In this document: piece after piece, positions 16,964 to 28,326 of the stretch
How positions within the stretch are numbered: the first letter of the stretch is position 1
Layout: each line of letters begins with the position of its first letter
UHGV virus genome: UHGV-1368299
DNA: 50,382 bases
DNA from: a virus
Direction: 5' to 3' (one strand)
Notes under the pieces: generated by a model
What the model was told of the DNA's origin: nothing
The model's database searches: none
The model's input: the letters and a program-made list of their open reading frames with translations, nothing else
Position numbers and translations under genes: made by a program

Positions 16964-19900
16964 ATGGCACTATACAGAGAAGGCAAGGCAGCACTAGCCG
17001 CAGACGGAACAGTTACCGGGACTGGCACAAAATGGCAATCATCGCTTTCGCTAATTCGCCCTGGCGCGACGATTATGTTTTTATCGTCACCAATTCAAAT
17101 TGCTGTGGTAAACAAGGTGGTCAGTGACACTGAAATTAAAGCAATTACCACAAACGGCGCTGTCGTAGCGTCTACTGACTACGCGATCCTGTTAAGCGAC
17201 TCGCTGACCGTTGACGGCCTGGCGCAAGATGTTGCGGAAACTTTGCGTTACTATCAGTCGCAAGAAACCGCAATTGCGGATGCAGTCGATTCCTTTAAGG
17301 ATTTCGATTTCGAGTTGTTTAAAAATCTTGCCAGTCAGGTGAAGGCAGACTCTGAAGCTGCTAACGTAAGCGCTGCTAATGCTGCGGATTCTGAAAACTC
17401 GTCAAAAACTTCAGAAACTAACGCCAAAACCTCAGAGACTAACGCCAAGTCTTCTGAAAACGCGGCGAAAACTTCAGAGATTGCAGCGGAGAATGCAAGA
17501 GACGCCGCAGTAGCTGCACAGCAAGAGTCAGAAAATGCCGCAGCAGAATCTAAGAACTATGCGCTTCAGGCATCAGAAGTTGGAAACATGTTCTCTGATG
17601 AGGCGGCAGGATTGGCTGCTACATCAAATGGTCAATTCTTTCAGGTTCCTCAGGGTTCTGGAAGTTTTGTTTCATTCAAACTTTTTAAAAATAATAATGG
17701 CGTTGCTGAAGAAGTTGCGCGAGTTCCAGGCGCGGCAGCCATAACAGGGACAATCCGTGATTTTCCTACGCTTGCTTCGGCTCAGGCGGACGCAGATGCT
17801 GGCAACATACCTGTAGGATCAACTGCGTATTACCGCAGCCATGATGATAGTGCGCTGGCTATTGAGGTTATTAACAACGGTGGAACGCTTGAGCCTACTG
17901 GCCGGAAAATGCCGTCGCAGTATTCTGTTGAGCAGGCGCTGACTGCTGCCGGTCAGGTTGCCACTGCGGCCTCTGTACGAGACAATCAGTTACACGGAAT
18001 GAGTATGCCAGAACGGCGTACGCTGGCAGCAGACTTTACCCAGTATCTGGATGCGTTTTCTTCCGGCGGATCATCGGCACTGAACGTATCGGCGACTTAT
18101 GCAGATCGTGTGTTGCTGTCCATTTCCTCTTTCGCCACTAATTTTGCTACAGCTGCATGCACTCTGACGCTAACGGGAGCGGGAAGGACGCTGTTCAGTC
18201 AGGGGTTTTTTGACGGGGAAACGCTGACCGATGGTGTTTTGACAACCCCGTATTATGACGTGGCAATGCGGCAGTTTACCGTGAACAGCGTTTCTGCGGG
18301 TAATGATGCCTGGGTGCTAAAAGGGACAATCAAACTACCACAAGCGTATTCAACTACAGAGGCTCGTGTACTGCGTGACCGTAAAAACAGAATCCAGATC
18401 GGCATAGCATCGTCTGCATATACATACACTGTAGATACGCTTGCTTTTGATGCGGCTAATTCGCTGCTGTATGTAGCGGTATCACGTTCGGCGATGATTG
18501 CCGCTGGATATGCCGACACCACAGAAGGTGCTCAGAGGTATTTCTGGGATACCTACGGCGGGATTATCCTCAGCCAGAAATCCACCGCTTCTCAGACGCT
18601 GCCGGAATACACATTGTTTTTCTCAGAGGCGGGGACGGTGACAGCAGTAACCGACCAGAACTGCACGGCGACTATTCAGGTGACAAAAAAACTGTCTCTT
18701 GACGTGGGGAAAATGCAGTCAGACGCCAATGCCGTGAATATTGCTGCAAATGCCCAGACGTATGCTGCCGACAGGTTGCGGGCGCTGTCTGCTGAGTTGC
18801 CGGAGTTCAGTAACGATCTGGGTGTGGTAGGGAGTTTCTCCTCTGCGGTAGCCTACAGCGCCACCTTTAACGGTCCCTCGATTTTCAGACTGAGCAGATT
18901 GTCTCTGGCGACGAATAACAGGCGTATGGTGCTGTCTATAACGGACAGTCTGGGTACGGTGGAGAAACTGACGCTGCTGGAGGGGGAATCCATTTCCGGC
19001 GCAACTATTTCATCGCCGTACGTGGATTTTATCTTCGAACCGCGCATAATCAATTCGGTGGCGATCAACACCACCACGGGACGGACCCTGATGTATATTC
19101 CGGTGACATTACCGGGGGCATTACCATCAGACACGACGCGCATTATTCGCGACAGAGAAGGGGTATACGAAGCGTATTTACCGACTACCATCGCGGGCGG
19201 GACTTCCGCGGGGATCACTTATGATGCCTCTTCAGGAAGTCTGATGCTGGCGGTAATGAATGCGGCGGTGACCGCCGCCGGATATGAACTCACAACTGCC
19301 GGGGTTATTAAGTATGTTGTCAGTGAGTTAACTGGCAAGGTTTTTAGCCAAATCTCATCGACAACGGTCACGCAGGTTTTCTGTAATCTGTTTAAGCTGG
19401 CTCCGGGCGCGGTGACGGTGACAACGGACGGGAATGCTGCGACGGATAAAGTGGTGACCATGACTGGCTCATTCTATGGACCTAAAATGACAACAGATGA
19501 ACTGACTACATACAGACGCTATGAAACCACCGTTCGTAATAATACCGGTTATGCGACAGGACTGCGCCCGGTAAAAATTAAATGCAAGTTCGGTCCGGGA
19601 GAGGTTCCGAACGACAGATGTCTGGTGGTGACGGATGCAGATGGCACGGTTTATCCATGCCAGTGGGCGGGAGAGCCGGATTTCAACCCGCGCCGGGGTC
19701 GCAATCTGAGTTACTGGGGCGATGACTCCCTGCGCAGCGGTGAGCTGCTTATTCTGGATAATCTCTCCGCCGGGGCAGCAAAAAAATATGTGGTTAAAGC
19801 CTACCCGACAGAGCAGTCTGCTTCACTGTACAGCCGCACGGTAAGAGAATCGTCCACCAGTTTTCTTGTGACAGCAGATGACGGGACTCAGGTACGTTTT

Positions 19901-21628
19901 GATAGCGTGGTAGGCTGGCTGCCATACAAACTGACGCGGGACAGCATCACCTATACCAACATTTGTCAGCAGCTTTATGCGACCGTAACGGGGACGGCGT
20001 GGTCGTATGTCGCGGCGGGATATACGGATTACCGTTATCAGGTTATCAGCGACGGACCGTTATTTACCGAAGTGGAGACCACCTTCTTTAATGGTGCCCA
20101 GACCGGAAATGTGGCGCTCCCGGTTGGGGTGATTAAGCACACATACCGGACGAAAGTCTTCAGGAATGGCTACGTACAGATTGATGCATCCGCTCGTCTT
20201 CTATCAGCCCTGGCGGCGAATATACTGTTTGCGTGTGTGACGCGGATCCAGCTGAACTCCACAGCGACAAAGGCGTACCGCGCTGATTACAACTCGGTGT
20301 GGACGGATAACTCGGTTGTCCGGTCAATCGCTATCCGCTACGCCGGAGGGGATGCTATCCGTGACTCGGCGGAATCCGCCACGCTGGGAAACCGTACGCC
20401 TGTGGCAGGCCTGACCACGAATACGACCTATTCCCGTTTTGACGGGGGGTGGACGGCGGGGACGTGGAACGCATCAGCATCAACGCTGGGCGCACCGAAA
20501 AACTGGGCATGGACAGTGGGATTTAGTATTAACCTGAATGAGTCAGTGACCGATCCCACGGCATTGTCTGACATTGAACTGAACCCCCCGGTGGGGTTTG
20601 CGTCAGGAGAGTCGGTTTATCCGCGATTCAGGCAGGCGAAACTGATGAGTCGTCTGGGGGATACTATCAGCGGTATTGCGGCATGGAATGCGCTGGATGC
20701 GACAAGTACCGACAACGGCGGCGGGATGTTCAACACCATTGCCGGCGATATTGTGCGCATGCTGCATCTGAAAATCGGCACGCTCGATACGGTCTATGCG
20801 AAGTTCGACGCCTGGGCAACTACCTGGTACGGCGGTATCAGTAATATTCATCTGGGTGCTGCGGCTGAATCTAAAGGGTTGCAGTTTGCGTCACGACTGG
20901 TCCTTCCGCAGTTGTGGTGGCTGTACAAACTGGCGGTGCTGAATGGTGATACGGCAAAACAAACCGCGTTAAAGACAGCTATCGGTAATATGGCAGCTGA
21001 TTGCTATTCGGCATTCGGTACTGTTGGTTCAGCAAACAGCAACTTTTATGCAGCAGCGTTCCGTTCCTGGGCGATGGCGGTGGCAGTTGGAATTGATCCG
21101 TCTGGCAACTACACAGCCGCGATGGATATGGTTGACGGGCAGTTTTCCAGCCCAACCTATTTTGCCGGAGTGAAAAACATTATTACCGATAATGTCACTG
21201 AGAATGTTCCGAAGCGTCGCTATCTGCATTATCAGGTGTATGCATGGAATAACTATCTGATCGGATGTAAGGCGGCAGGAAGAACCCCGGCTCTGAACAT
21301 GGAGACGTATGCATTAAATGCGATATCAGGGTACGGGGGTCTTAAAGAGGTGGATTACTGCATCGCAGAATCCCGTCGCGGCCAGCCGACAACGGTAGGG
21401 TTCATTCTGTACCCGCTCCTACACTCCGGGGATAACACTTGCCTCGAAGCGGCTGAGCGCCTGATGGATGCGTTTGATGAGTATGGTGGTTCGAATACCG
21501 ACGGGCAGATCAAGCTGTGGGATCTGGATTTTTATTCGGTGATATCCACGACATTCTCGGAGTATACCTTCGCCTGTAACATCATGGCCGATGCATGGAT
21601 GCAATGGTGGTTCGACAACAACCAGTAG
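16964..21628 (+). CDS. tail fibre protein (1554 aa) with N-terminal S-E-T/N-A-K tail-fibre repeats
   Basis: AAGAGGA SD; repeated [23 protein letters not shown] motif typical of phage fibres; Gly/Thr/Ser-rich beta-structure composition. Confidence 0.85.
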   Translation: MALYREGKAALAADGTVTGTGTKWQSSLSLIRPGATIMFLSSPIQIAVVNKVVSDTEIKAITTNGAVVASTDYAILLSDSLTVDGLAQDVAETLRYYQSQETAIADAVDSFKDFDFELFKNLASQVKADSEAANVSAANAADSENSSKTSETNAKTSETNAKSSENAAKTSEIAAENARDAAVAAQQESENAAAESKNYALQASEVGNMFSDEAAGLAATSNGQFFQVPQGSGSFVSFKLFKNNNGVAEEVARVPGAAAITGTIRDFPTLASAQADADAGNIPVGSTAYYRSHDDSALAIEVINNGGTLEPTGRKMPSQYSVEQALTAAGQVATAASVRDNQLHGMSMPERRTLAADFTQYLDAFSSGGSSALNVSATYADRVLLSISSFATNFATAACTLTLTGAGRTLFSQGFFDGETLTDGVLTTPYYDVAMRQFTVNSVSAGNDAWVLKGTIKLPQAYSTTEARVLRDRKNRIQIGIASSAYTYTVDTLAFDAANSLLYVAVSRSAMIAAGYADTTEGAQRYFWDTYGGIILSQKSTASQTLPEYTLFFSEAGTVTAVTDQNCTATIQVTKKLSLDVGKMQSDANAVNIAANAQTYAADRLRALSAELPEFSNDLGVVGSFSSAVAYSATFNGPSIFRLSRLSLATNNRRMVLSITDSLGTVEKLTLLEGESISGATISSPYVDFIFEPRIINSVAINTTTGRTLMYIPVTLPGALPSDTTRIIRDREGVYEAYLPTTIAGGTSAGITYDASSGSLMLAVMNAAVTAAGYELTTAGVIKYVVSELTGKVFSQISSTTVTQVFCNLFKLAPGAVTVTTDGNAATDKVVTMTGSFYGPKMTTDELTTYRRYETTVRNNTGYATGLRPVKIKCKFGPGEVPNDRCLVVTDADGTVYPCQWAGEPDFNPRRGRNLSYWGDDSLRSGELLILDNLSAGAAKKYVVKAYPTEQSASLYSRTVRESSTSFLVTADDGTQVRFDSVVGWLPYKLTRDSITYTNICQQLYATVTGTAWSYVAAGYTDYRYQVISDGPLFTEVETTFFNGAQTGNVALPVGVIKHTYRTKVFRNGYVQIDASARLLSALAANILFACVTRIQLNSTATKAYRADYNSVWTDNSVVRSIAIRYAGGDAIRDSAESATLGNRTPVAGLTTNTTYSRFDGGWTAGTWNASASTLGAPKNWAWTVGFSINLNESVTDPTALSDIELNPPVGFASGESVYPRFRQAKLMSRLGDTISGIAAWNALDATSTDNGGGMFNTIAGDIVRMLHLKIGTLDTVYAKFDAWATTWYGGISNIHLGAAAESKGLQFASRLVLPQLWWLYKLAVLNGDTAKQTALKTAIGNMAADCYSAFGTVGSANSNFYAAAFRSWAMAVAVGIDPSGNYTAAMDMVDGQFSSPTYFAGVKNIITDNVTENVPKRRYLHYQVYAWNNYLIGCKAAGRTPALNMETYALNAISGYGGLKEVDYCIAESRRGQPTTVGFILYPLLHSGDNTCLEAAERLMDAFDEYGGSNTDGQIKLWDLDFYSVISTTFSEYTFACNIMADAWMQWWFDNNQ

Positions 21629-21681
21629 CACTGACGCCATGGAAGGCAAAAATGCTTGAATGATCTCTCGACGATAACTAC

Positions 21682-21690
21682 TGTATATAA
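21682..21690 (+). promoter_or_regulatory. candidate extended -10 element TGTATATAA upstream of small ORF
   Basis: TGn + TATATA-like; no clear -35. Confidence 0.25.
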
Positions 21691-21717
21691 AAAACAGTAT
21701 TTATCGGAGGGCAGATC

Positions 21718-21807
21718 ATGCTTCGACGGTCAGACATCGCCGCGGCGTTCCGCGAGTCGGTATTACGCGACTCCAATTGGTTTCAGAACCTGAAACGGTT
21801 GGCGTAG
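21718..21807 (+). CDS. candidate 29-aa peptide (MLRRSDIAAAFRESVLRDSNWFQNLKRLA)
   Basis: GGAGGG SD 7 nt upstream; terminator 4 nt downstream; below 60-aa ORF-track cutoff. Confidence 0.3.
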   Translation: MLRRSDIAAAFRESVLRDSNWFQNLKRLA

Positions 21808-21810
21808 ATT

Positions 21811-21837
21811 AAAACCCCGCTTAGGCGGGGTTTTTTA
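21811..21837. terminator. bidirectional terminator AAAACCCCGCttagGCGGGGTTTTTT
   Basis: 7-bp GC stem flanked by A4 and T6. Confidence 0.7.
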
Positions 21838-21905
21838 TGGTAAAGCGCCAGTGAATTTCTGGTGTCATTAGCTTTCCATTTATAGTCATTGATAATCTAG
21901 AATCA

Positions 21906-21932
21906 TACAAAAAGGGGCCGAATGGCCCCTTT
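21906..21932 (-). terminator. terminator after J gene (AAAAAGGGGCCgaatGGCCCCTTTTT)
   Basis: 6-bp GC stem with A/T runs both sides, 3 nt past J stop. Confidence 0.7.
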
Positions 21933-21935
21933 TTA

Positions 21936-24900
21936 TTATGCAAAGCTATTTGAGTTTGTGCGGAATGCGGTTGCTGTGATGTTCTCGACTTGACAGCTAT
22001 AATCCCAGTTTGCGTCTCTTCCTTTCGCTCTCACAAAGAAAGAAGTGTTGCTGTAATTTGCTGGAATATCAGCAGAAAATCTAAATTCAGCAGCATAACT
22101 ACCAGACGTTAGTCTTGGATTGACTGGAAAAAGTCTAGTTACCTGCTGCCCTCCAATATTGAACGTAATTTCAACAATATATCCGTTTCTGTTGTCTTCC
22201 CCTCCTGTAACCTCATAGATTAATGTGCAACTAAGTACTATCGTCATGCTATAACCGCGATTTTGATAGTACCCGTCACGCTGAACGGTGTTGTTTCTGC
22301 GAAAACTCAAGTCATCATATCTTCTGGCAACTGCAATATCACCTATGAAGCTCTGAGCCTCAAGCGTGCCCTTGAACGTTCCGCTGTTAGCCTCTATATG
22401 GCCGCGAACGGTAACGTTATTAAACTCAGATCCTCCGTTCTTGTTAATCATCCACCCTTGCTGCCCGGCGATGTAGTTGTTTGATTGAATGACGTTACCG
22501 ATCTTCGCGTTGGTAATAGACCCATCCTGAATAAGCGCGTTATTCATGAAAACCTGGTCATTCTGCACAACAAACGGCAAAGTGTACGCTCCAGACTCCG
22601 CATTTCGGATGATAGCGAATCTATCAGCAATAAACAGAACTTGCGAAACAACGTTTCCACCCTGTGAGGTAAGCTGTAGGGCCATCCCGGAATTGTATTC
22701 CTGTCCGTTGTACTTCAGGCCTAACTTCATCGTGTACATGGAACCTACGCCATTAACGTTTGCCCACGAGTCGAGTTTCTGATTTAGCGCTGCGGAGTTC
22801 TGCCCGATTTTGGCATCTAGCGCCGCCTCGGAACTTGCCCGCGCGTCGCTTTCATTTGCAATAGCCTGATTAACCTGCGTAAAACCAGCGTTCATGGTTG
22901 TTTTTACGCCGTCAATATCAGCCGCAAAATCTGCCTGCAACTGACCGATCTGCGTTGCTCTCGTCTCGCTTTCCGTCGCCAGAGCTTCGTTAAGGGTCGT
23001 GATCTGCGACGTGATATCTTCATCAATCTGCGCTTTAAGCTGCGTAATTTCAGCCGCCCTCGCTTCTGATTCGTTGGCGATCAACACCGTAGTATGTGCG
23101 ATCTCGGCCTTCCGCTTACCGTTCTCCTTTGTCATTCTCCTAACATCTCCATCATTCGCTAATGCGTTTTGGATGATGCTGTTAGCGTAGTCATTTAGTT
23201 TTGCCGCGCTATCCTGTGCACTCACCTGAAGTTCTTTCATCGCGTCGCTGTCGAGGATCTCATCCAGGATCGTATCCGTGATGGCGTTAACGTCAGTAGA
23301 CGACATGCCGCGAGCGTAATCAGTCCACGCTGAAACGTTGCCGATACGGTCTACGCTTCTGGCTTTGTAGAAGTTAACGTAGCCAGCGGGAAGAATTGAA
23401 TGCCAGTATTCAGAAGCCGGGTAAGGAATCAGGGTAAGCAGGCTTGCATCCTGATCGGTTCCACTTTGAGACTGGTAAAGTTCAATGTATGCCGTGTCTT
23501 CCGCTCCTTCCGGCATGGCCCACTTAACGCGAATGCCGAAGATCTCATTGTCAGACGCAAAAATGTTAATCGGGCCTTTTGGCGCTCCGACTTTCCCGGT
23601 CAGCGTAGCGCTTGCCAATGCAGACCACGGAGACGCTACATTCCCGCCGCTGATGCACCTTACGCGGGCCTGATATTCACCAGCATAGATGCCTTCTATA
23701 TCAACCTGCGTTGTCGCAGTGCGCGGAACGTTGTTCCAGTTACCACCATCCTTACGCCATTGCACCTCGTACAGTTTTGCATACTGCACGGCAGACCAAC
23801 CGATCACCATCGTTTCGACACTCATTCCCTGAACAATGCGAGAAAACGAGCTAATCGTTAAGTCTTTCGGAGCGCCCAATGAATCCGGGTCAACAACAGA
23901 AGTTGGGCGGCCATCGGTAATTACTCCGTTGTCGATCGCGTCATACTTGTTCGGATCGTACTGCGTAGCCGTGATAGCAAAGGTGAATTCGTCTTCATCA
24001 CTACCCTTTTCAATTCTGGTTACTACATACTGTTCCGCTGCAAGCTGATCACTTTCGATCAGGAATACACTGTCAGGCGCAACGTCAAAATTAAATCCCA
24101 CGTTTAGCGTGATAGTTTTCCCGTCAGCCGAAACGCTGGCGATTGTGCGGCGCACTGGCTTGCCGTCGTCGGTGTTCAGAATCAAAGTATCGCCAGCCTT
24201 CGCGTCGCAACGGTAGGCCAGAAACACCTGAACGCCTGACACTTCCATAATACGACCAGACAGCACCAGGTTAAACGCCGATTGCCAGTGCGGATCTGCA
24301 ATGTAAATTACATCGCCGCAAGAAGGAATCATACCTTCCAGGCCAGTAGAAAACGAAACGGTCGTAGCGCTAAGGTTCGTTTGCAGAATCCAGCGCCCAC
24401 GGCGGTTCGCCTCCGTCCTTCTGGTACATCCGATCGCTGTAATGCTGGTCGGGTTGTGGCCGAACCGCATGGCTGCGTCCGGGTTGAATACTGGTTCAAC
24501 ATCCTGTTCGTACTGGTTTTCTTCGTCGTCGAACATGACGTTGCACGACGTGTACATCGTCTTTTCGCTTGGGAACGTCCGAACGAACACGCCGTCAACG
24601 ACGTTATCAGCCGTAAACAGGTACACCGGATCGCGCGGCTTATCGACGATAATCGAAAGGCTTTCACCGTTGTAGAACGTCATTCCACGGAAAGCGGAAC
24701 AAACATCCCTTACCAACTGGAACGCCTCAACCTGCGACTGAACAATTACATCCATCAAATAGCGAGGCTCCATCCCGCCGCGATTGTCCGGCACAAGCTC
24801 ATCACAGTATTGCGCCACCTCATACAGCGACCACTTATCAACCGGGATGCCAAGTTCGCGCTGGTCTAAACCATAGCGCTGATTCATGATCAGGTCATAA

Positions 24901-25754
24901 AGCACCCATGCCGGGTTATTGCTCCACGCCCACTTAAAAACACCGTCCCACGTCCCGGAGTATGTGCGATTAATCGGATCGTAATTACTCGGAACCTGAA
25001 TAATTTTCCATTTCTTTTTGAGTGAGATGGTTGGGATCTGGTTCTGGAATAGATCGCTATCGAACTCAACGTAAAGCATGGCCGTTAACGGGTAGCGGAA
25101 TTTTGCATCAATGACCTCAGCGTATGATTGAACCTGGAAGGCATCGACAACCTTCACCCCGTCAGCGTCCGGAGTTACCCGGCTTACGCGGATAAGTACC
25201 TGCGACGTGAAGTCTTGCGGCAGGTTAATGCGAATGCTCCGATCGTAACCTCCAGTCGTGTTCTTGCCGTCAATCTTGCCAGTTAGGTAGGTCTGATAAC
25301 TTGCGCCGTCTACCGCCATCTCGATCTTGTACTCAACAACCGATCCGACCATATCGCCGTTATCTTTTTGAGTCAGCACGCGCGGCCATAACAGGCGAAA
25401 GCGAATAGCAGACAGATTTTTGTTCGATACGGTAAGTGTATAAGGCGTGTTGTGAGTGACTTCACGAGCAACCTGGAACTCAGCGCTTGATTCGCTGAAG
25501 CCCTGGATGTAGTCCTGCGTTTGCGTGCCGGGGCGGAACTCTGCAATCACGCCCTCATAGTTGAATGTTCCATCCTCGTTCTGAACCGGGACGCCGCCAA
25601 AATGCAACTGCTTCAAGCTGAAGTCGTTAACCACCTCGCCATCTGAAACAGCAAGCAACAATTTAACCTTATCTTTCGAGATCAGGTTATCTGGCATTTC
25701 TACGGGAGTACGCGGCGAACTTGAGCCACCCTTGCGGGCCTTGATATTAGTCAT
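21936..25754 (-). CDS. tail tip / host-specificity protein (lambda gpJ family, 1272 aa)
   Basis: Length, position after I/K/L/M genes, conserved J N-terminal region, FN3-like middle; AGGAGG SD. Confidence 0.9.
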   Translation of the reverse strand: MTNIKARKGGSSSPRTPVEMPDNLISKDKVKLLLAVSDGEVVNDFSLKQLHFGGVPVQNEDGTFNYEGVIAEFRPGTQTQDYIQGFSESSAEFQVAREVTHNTPYTLTVSNKNLSAIRFRLLWPRVLTQKDNGDMVGSVVEYKIEMAVDGASYQTYLTGKIDGKNTTGGYDRSIRINLPQDFTSQVLIRVSRVTPDADGVKVVDAFQVQSYAEVIDAKFRYPLTAMLYVEFDSDLFQNQIPTISLKKKWKIIQVPSNYDPINRTYSGTWDGVFKWAWSNNPAWVLYDLIMNQRYGLDQRELGIPVDKWSLYEVAQYCDELVPDNRGGMEPRYLMDVIVQSQVEAFQLVRDVCSAFRGMTFYNGESLSIIVDKPRDPVYLFTADNVVDGVFVRTFPSEKTMYTSCNVMFDDEENQYEQDVEPVFNPDAAMRFGHNPTSITAIGCTRRTEANRRGRWILQTNLSATTVSFSTGLEGMIPSCGDVIYIADPHWQSAFNLVLSGRIMEVSGVQVFLAYRCDAKAGDTLILNTDDGKPVRRTIASVSADGKTITLNVGFNFDVAPDSVFLIESDQLAAEQYVVTRIEKGSDEDEFTFAITATQYDPNKYDAIDNGVITDGRPTSVVDPDSLGAPKDLTISSFSRIVQGMSVETMVIGWSAVQYAKLYEVQWRKDGGNWNNVPRTATTQVDIEGIYAGEYQARVRCISGGNVASPWSALASATLTGKVGAPKGPINIFASDNEIFGIRVKWAMPEGAEDTAYIELYQSQSGTDQDASLLTLIPYPASEYWHSILPAGYVNFYKARSVDRIGNVSAWTDYARGMSSTDVNAITDTILDEILDSDAMKELQVSAQDSAAKLNDYANSIIQNALANDGDVRRMTKENGKRKAEIAHTTVLIANESEARAAEITQLKAQIDEDITSQITTLNEALATESETRATQIGQLQADFAADIDGVKTTMNAGFTQVNQAIANESDARASSEAALDAKIGQNSAALNQKLDSWANVNGVGSMYTMKLGLKYNGQEYNSGMALQLTSQGGNVVSQVLFIADRFAIIRNAESGAYTLPFVVQNDQVFMNNALIQDGSITNAKIGNVIQSNNYIAGQQGWMINKNGGSEFNNVTVRGHIEANSGTFKGTLEAQSFIGDIAVARRYDDLSFRRNNTVQRDGYYQNRGYSMTIVLSCTLIYEVTGGEDNRNGYIVEITFNIGGQQVTRLFPVNPRLTSGSYAAEFRFSADIPANYSNTSFFVRAKGRDANWDYSCQVENITATAFRTNSNSFA

Positions 25755-25841
25755 CGTTTAGCCTCCTGTTAATAGTCTCGCAATTGTACACGACAAAAGG
25801 CCCGGAGGCTATGCCCCCAGGCTAAAAAGCGAATGGCTTAA

Positions 25842-26444
25842 TTAGTTGTTGTCTTCTGCGTAAGATCCCGAACCAAACAATGCGCCGCCAGCCAATCTGT
25901 AACCGTATGGTAATTGGATTGGATAACCTGCCGCCGTGGTGTTAATCGGCCCGCCGAACGCATAAGATGGTTTATTCTCAGGCGATTCGCTCGCCCGCAT
26001 GTTGCCGCCCATCTGCGGAGCAATCATCTGCATTACGCCACCCAAAACCATTGAGCCACCAGCCATAAATGCAGCAGATGAAAAAGCGCCCATCTCGGCC
26101 AATGCCGCGCCGCCAGTGTAGAACGCTGCGACCATAATCGCTGCGCCGATAACGATCTGCAACAATCCTCCGTTCTTTCTGGCTTTTGGGATTGGGATGA
26201 TCCGAACCTCCTTTGCCACGGAGAAAGTTGCAAAGTCGTTTGTGCTGATTGGTTTTCCGTCTGCAATGATACCGAAGCGCATGTTTGAACCAACTTTGCT
26301 CTGCATGAACGGCTTAAACCCTTCAACCTGGTAAGACAGCGCCCGGATACATTCAGCAACCGAATCAACCGCAAGTTTGTGGAATACGCCGAACCGACGC
26401 CCAAGGGAACCAGAAAGTTTAATCATCTTTGTATGTGATGCCAT
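25842..26444 (-). CDS. tail assembly protein (lambda gpI family)
   Basis: Gly/Ala-rich hydrophobic C-half typical of gpI; overlaps K gene 3' end as in lambda. Confidence 0.8.
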   Translation of the reverse strand: MASHTKMIKLSGSLGRRFGVFHKLAVDSVAECIRALSYQVEGFKPFMQSKVGSNMRFGIIADGKPISTNDFATFSVAKEVRIIPIPKARKNGGLLQIVIGAAIMVAAFYTGGAALAEMGAFSSAAFMAGGSMVLGGVMQMIAPQMGGNMRASESPENKPSYAFGGPINTTAAGYPIQLPYGYRLAGGALFGSGSYAEDNN

Positions 26445-27168
26445 GTTTAAGCTCCTTGTGCCTGCAAATTAAAACCTTATGCTGCTCGTACCATCCGGAA
26501 TAGATATCCCGGCGAGACAGCTTGCCATATGCGTGATGAAGGATGTTGTTATTTCCAACGTAAATCCCCGCGTGATTCCACTTCTCCGCCTGAATCTGGA
26601 AGATGATCATATCACCAACTTCAGGCTCGCCAGTGTTTTCAATGAATCCGTCCTCTTGCCAGTAATCCTGGTAAAGATTCTCTTTATATTCCGGCTTCCA
26701 CCATTCGAACGGCAATCGCCGATCTTTTAGTGTGACGCCGTGGCGCTTGTGAAAATCCATGATTAGGCCATAGCAATCGTAAGCCCCCAAAGCCCAAGGG
26801 CGACCAATCAGCGGACGGCGTTTCGGCTCAATGATTCGCATATCGCCTTCCGGGATGGAGACGATAACCCACGATAAGCCAGACTCATCACAGAAGCATA
26901 AATCAGTGGCGCTCGGAATTGTTGTTGCCCCGTCGCCAGTGTGAGAATGAACGAACGCGATCGGCTCGCCATCCATTGATGCCAGCGCATACTGCGCTTC
27001 GTCCGGCATTGATTCGTTCTCAGGATCTGGCGAAACGTTGTCGAGTCGGTGATATTTCTGCACGCGTGATTTTTGCGTTACCAGCCCGGCGCATTCGTGC
27101 GGGTAGACTTCCTTCGCGTGCTGCATGATCTGCATTTTAATTTTCGGAGTCAACATATTAGCTACCAC
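26419..27168 (-). CDS. tail assembly protein (lambda gpK family: MPN/JAMM + NlpC/P60)
   Basis: HSHTGDGATTIPSATD (JAMM-like) and C-terminal Cys/His NlpC/P60-like motif. Confidence 0.8.
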   Translation of the reverse strand: MVANMLTPKIKMQIMQHAKEVYPHECAGLVTQKSRVQKYHRLDNVSPDPENESMPDEAQYALASMDGEPIAFVHSHTGDGATTIPSATDLCFCDESGLSWVIVSIPEGDMRIIEPKRRPLIGRPWALGAYDCYGLIMDFHKRHGVTLKDRRLPFEWWKPEYKENLYQDYWQEDGFIENTGEPEVGDMIIFQIQAEKWNHAGIYVGNNNILHHAYGKLSRRDIYSGWYEQHKVLICRHKELKHGITYKDD

Positions 27169-27910
27169 TCTTCAAAGTTGCTGTCGCACAACCGCCGAAA
27201 CTCAGCGGTTCATTGCCAAAACGAAGCCTGCAAGAAGAAACCAGACCGCCGCAAACATCCTGCGACGGATCGTCAACCCTGTTTCCTAACTTGTCGAAGT
27301 ATCCGTTCTGCCCGTTGTAGTCGCATCCTTTGCCAGACTTGTACCACCCACGCTGCGCCCAATAGCAAACGGTTTGCGTTAGGCGTGCCGGGATCATTAA
27401 TCCGTCCATATCAAACACGGAGGTTAATTCGAACGTTGCCTTTTGCGGGTCAACCTTCTTAGGTCGCTCGATGTAGTAAACAAATCGCCTAAAATCGCCA
27501 TCTTTAACGCTGCCGTCGTTTTGTAGCAATTCCTTGACCAAAACCCATACCGTAACTTTGGCTTGCATGAGGCCGTTGTAGGCGCGAATAAGAGCACTCG
27601 CTTGCGCATCAATATTGCTAACCGTCAGCGTTGGCTTTTCCACTGTGCCATCGCTCGACATTGCGATCCCGCCCAGGCCGAACGGGCGCGGGCCGTACTG
27701 CTCGCCGCGAAATGTGATCATCTTTGGCTGAAGCGTCCCGCCGTTAACCGCTGCTAAAAGCTCCTCGGTTGTATAGGCGACGTTCTCGTTATGGAATCGG
27801 TAGACCTGCCCACCGAACTTTGTGGCGTCAATATCAATCAGCGTTAGGATCTCGCCGGGGAAAAGTTTTTGTAAGCAGTTTGCAAACTCTTTTGAAACAT
27901 TGGCTGTCAT
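27158..27910 (-). CDS. minor tail protein (lambda gpL family; start moved to ATG 27910)
   Basis: C-terminal 4-Cys cluster (CYW...C..C..C) as in gpL Fe-S; AGAGGAGGG SD. Confidence 0.8.
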   Translation of the reverse strand: MTANVSKEFANCLQKLFPGEILTLIDIDATKFGGQVYRFHNENVAYTTEELLAAVNGGTLQPKMITFRGEQYGPRPFGLGGIAMSSDGTVEKPTLTVSNIDAQASALIRAYNGLMQAKVTVWVLVKELLQNDGSVKDGDFRRFVYYIERPKKVDPQKATFELTSVFDMDGLMIPARLTQTVCYWAQRGWYKSGKGCDYNGQNGYFDKLGNRVDDPSQDVCGGLVSSCRLRFGNEPLSFGGCATATLKSGS

Positions 27911-27979
27911 CGTAAGCCCTCCTCTATTTGACTCCAGATCATAGGCCAAAAAAAAGCACCCGTAAAGGGCGCTTTTTGA

Positions 27980-28324
27980 TTATCCGGCTGAAGTGAAGCG
28001 TTCGGCGAACTCCGCCGTCACCTCAAACACCCCGCCACCCTGCGGAGCAAGGTTAACGGAGTCAGCAGTTACGACAAATACGCCCATCTTTCCATCCGGA
28101 GCCGTCCATACAAACGGCTTGGTTACGTGCTCCTGACAGAAGTCATAAACCACTTCCCAATCCGAACCGCCATAAACGATCGGAACCGTCCGGCGTTTGG
28201 TGTTAATGCCGCTCGACGCCGTTTGGATGTAGCCGTTTCCGAAACTGATCGATCGAACGTTGTTGGAGACGGCGACCTTCGCCGCCCCTCCTTGAATTTG
28301 TGTACACCAAGTAAAAGAATCCAC
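27980..28324 (-). CDS. minor tail protein (lambda gpM family)
   Basis: 114 aa, immediately after tape measure (GAGGAG-TAA-ca-GTG junction). Confidence 0.75.
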   Translation of the reverse strand: MDSFTWCTQIQGGAAKVAVSNNVRSISFGNGYIQTASSGINTKRRTVPIVYGGSDWEVVYDFCQEHVTKPFVWTAPDGKMGVFVVTADSVNLAPQGGGVFEVTAEFAERFTSAG

Positions 28325-28326
28325 TG

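Noticed and set aside
18253-19461. Several 80-120-aa minus-strand ORFs inside the tail-fibre gene, and 22263..24869 + strand ORFs inside J
   Set aside because: Embedded entirely in long, well-supported genes on the opposite strand. No SDs.
21676-21694. LexA-box-like ACTGTATATAAAAAACAGT
   Set aside because: Spacing is CTGT-N9-ACAG rather than the required N8, and the phage is otherwise virulent. Treated as part of a candidate extended -10 instead.
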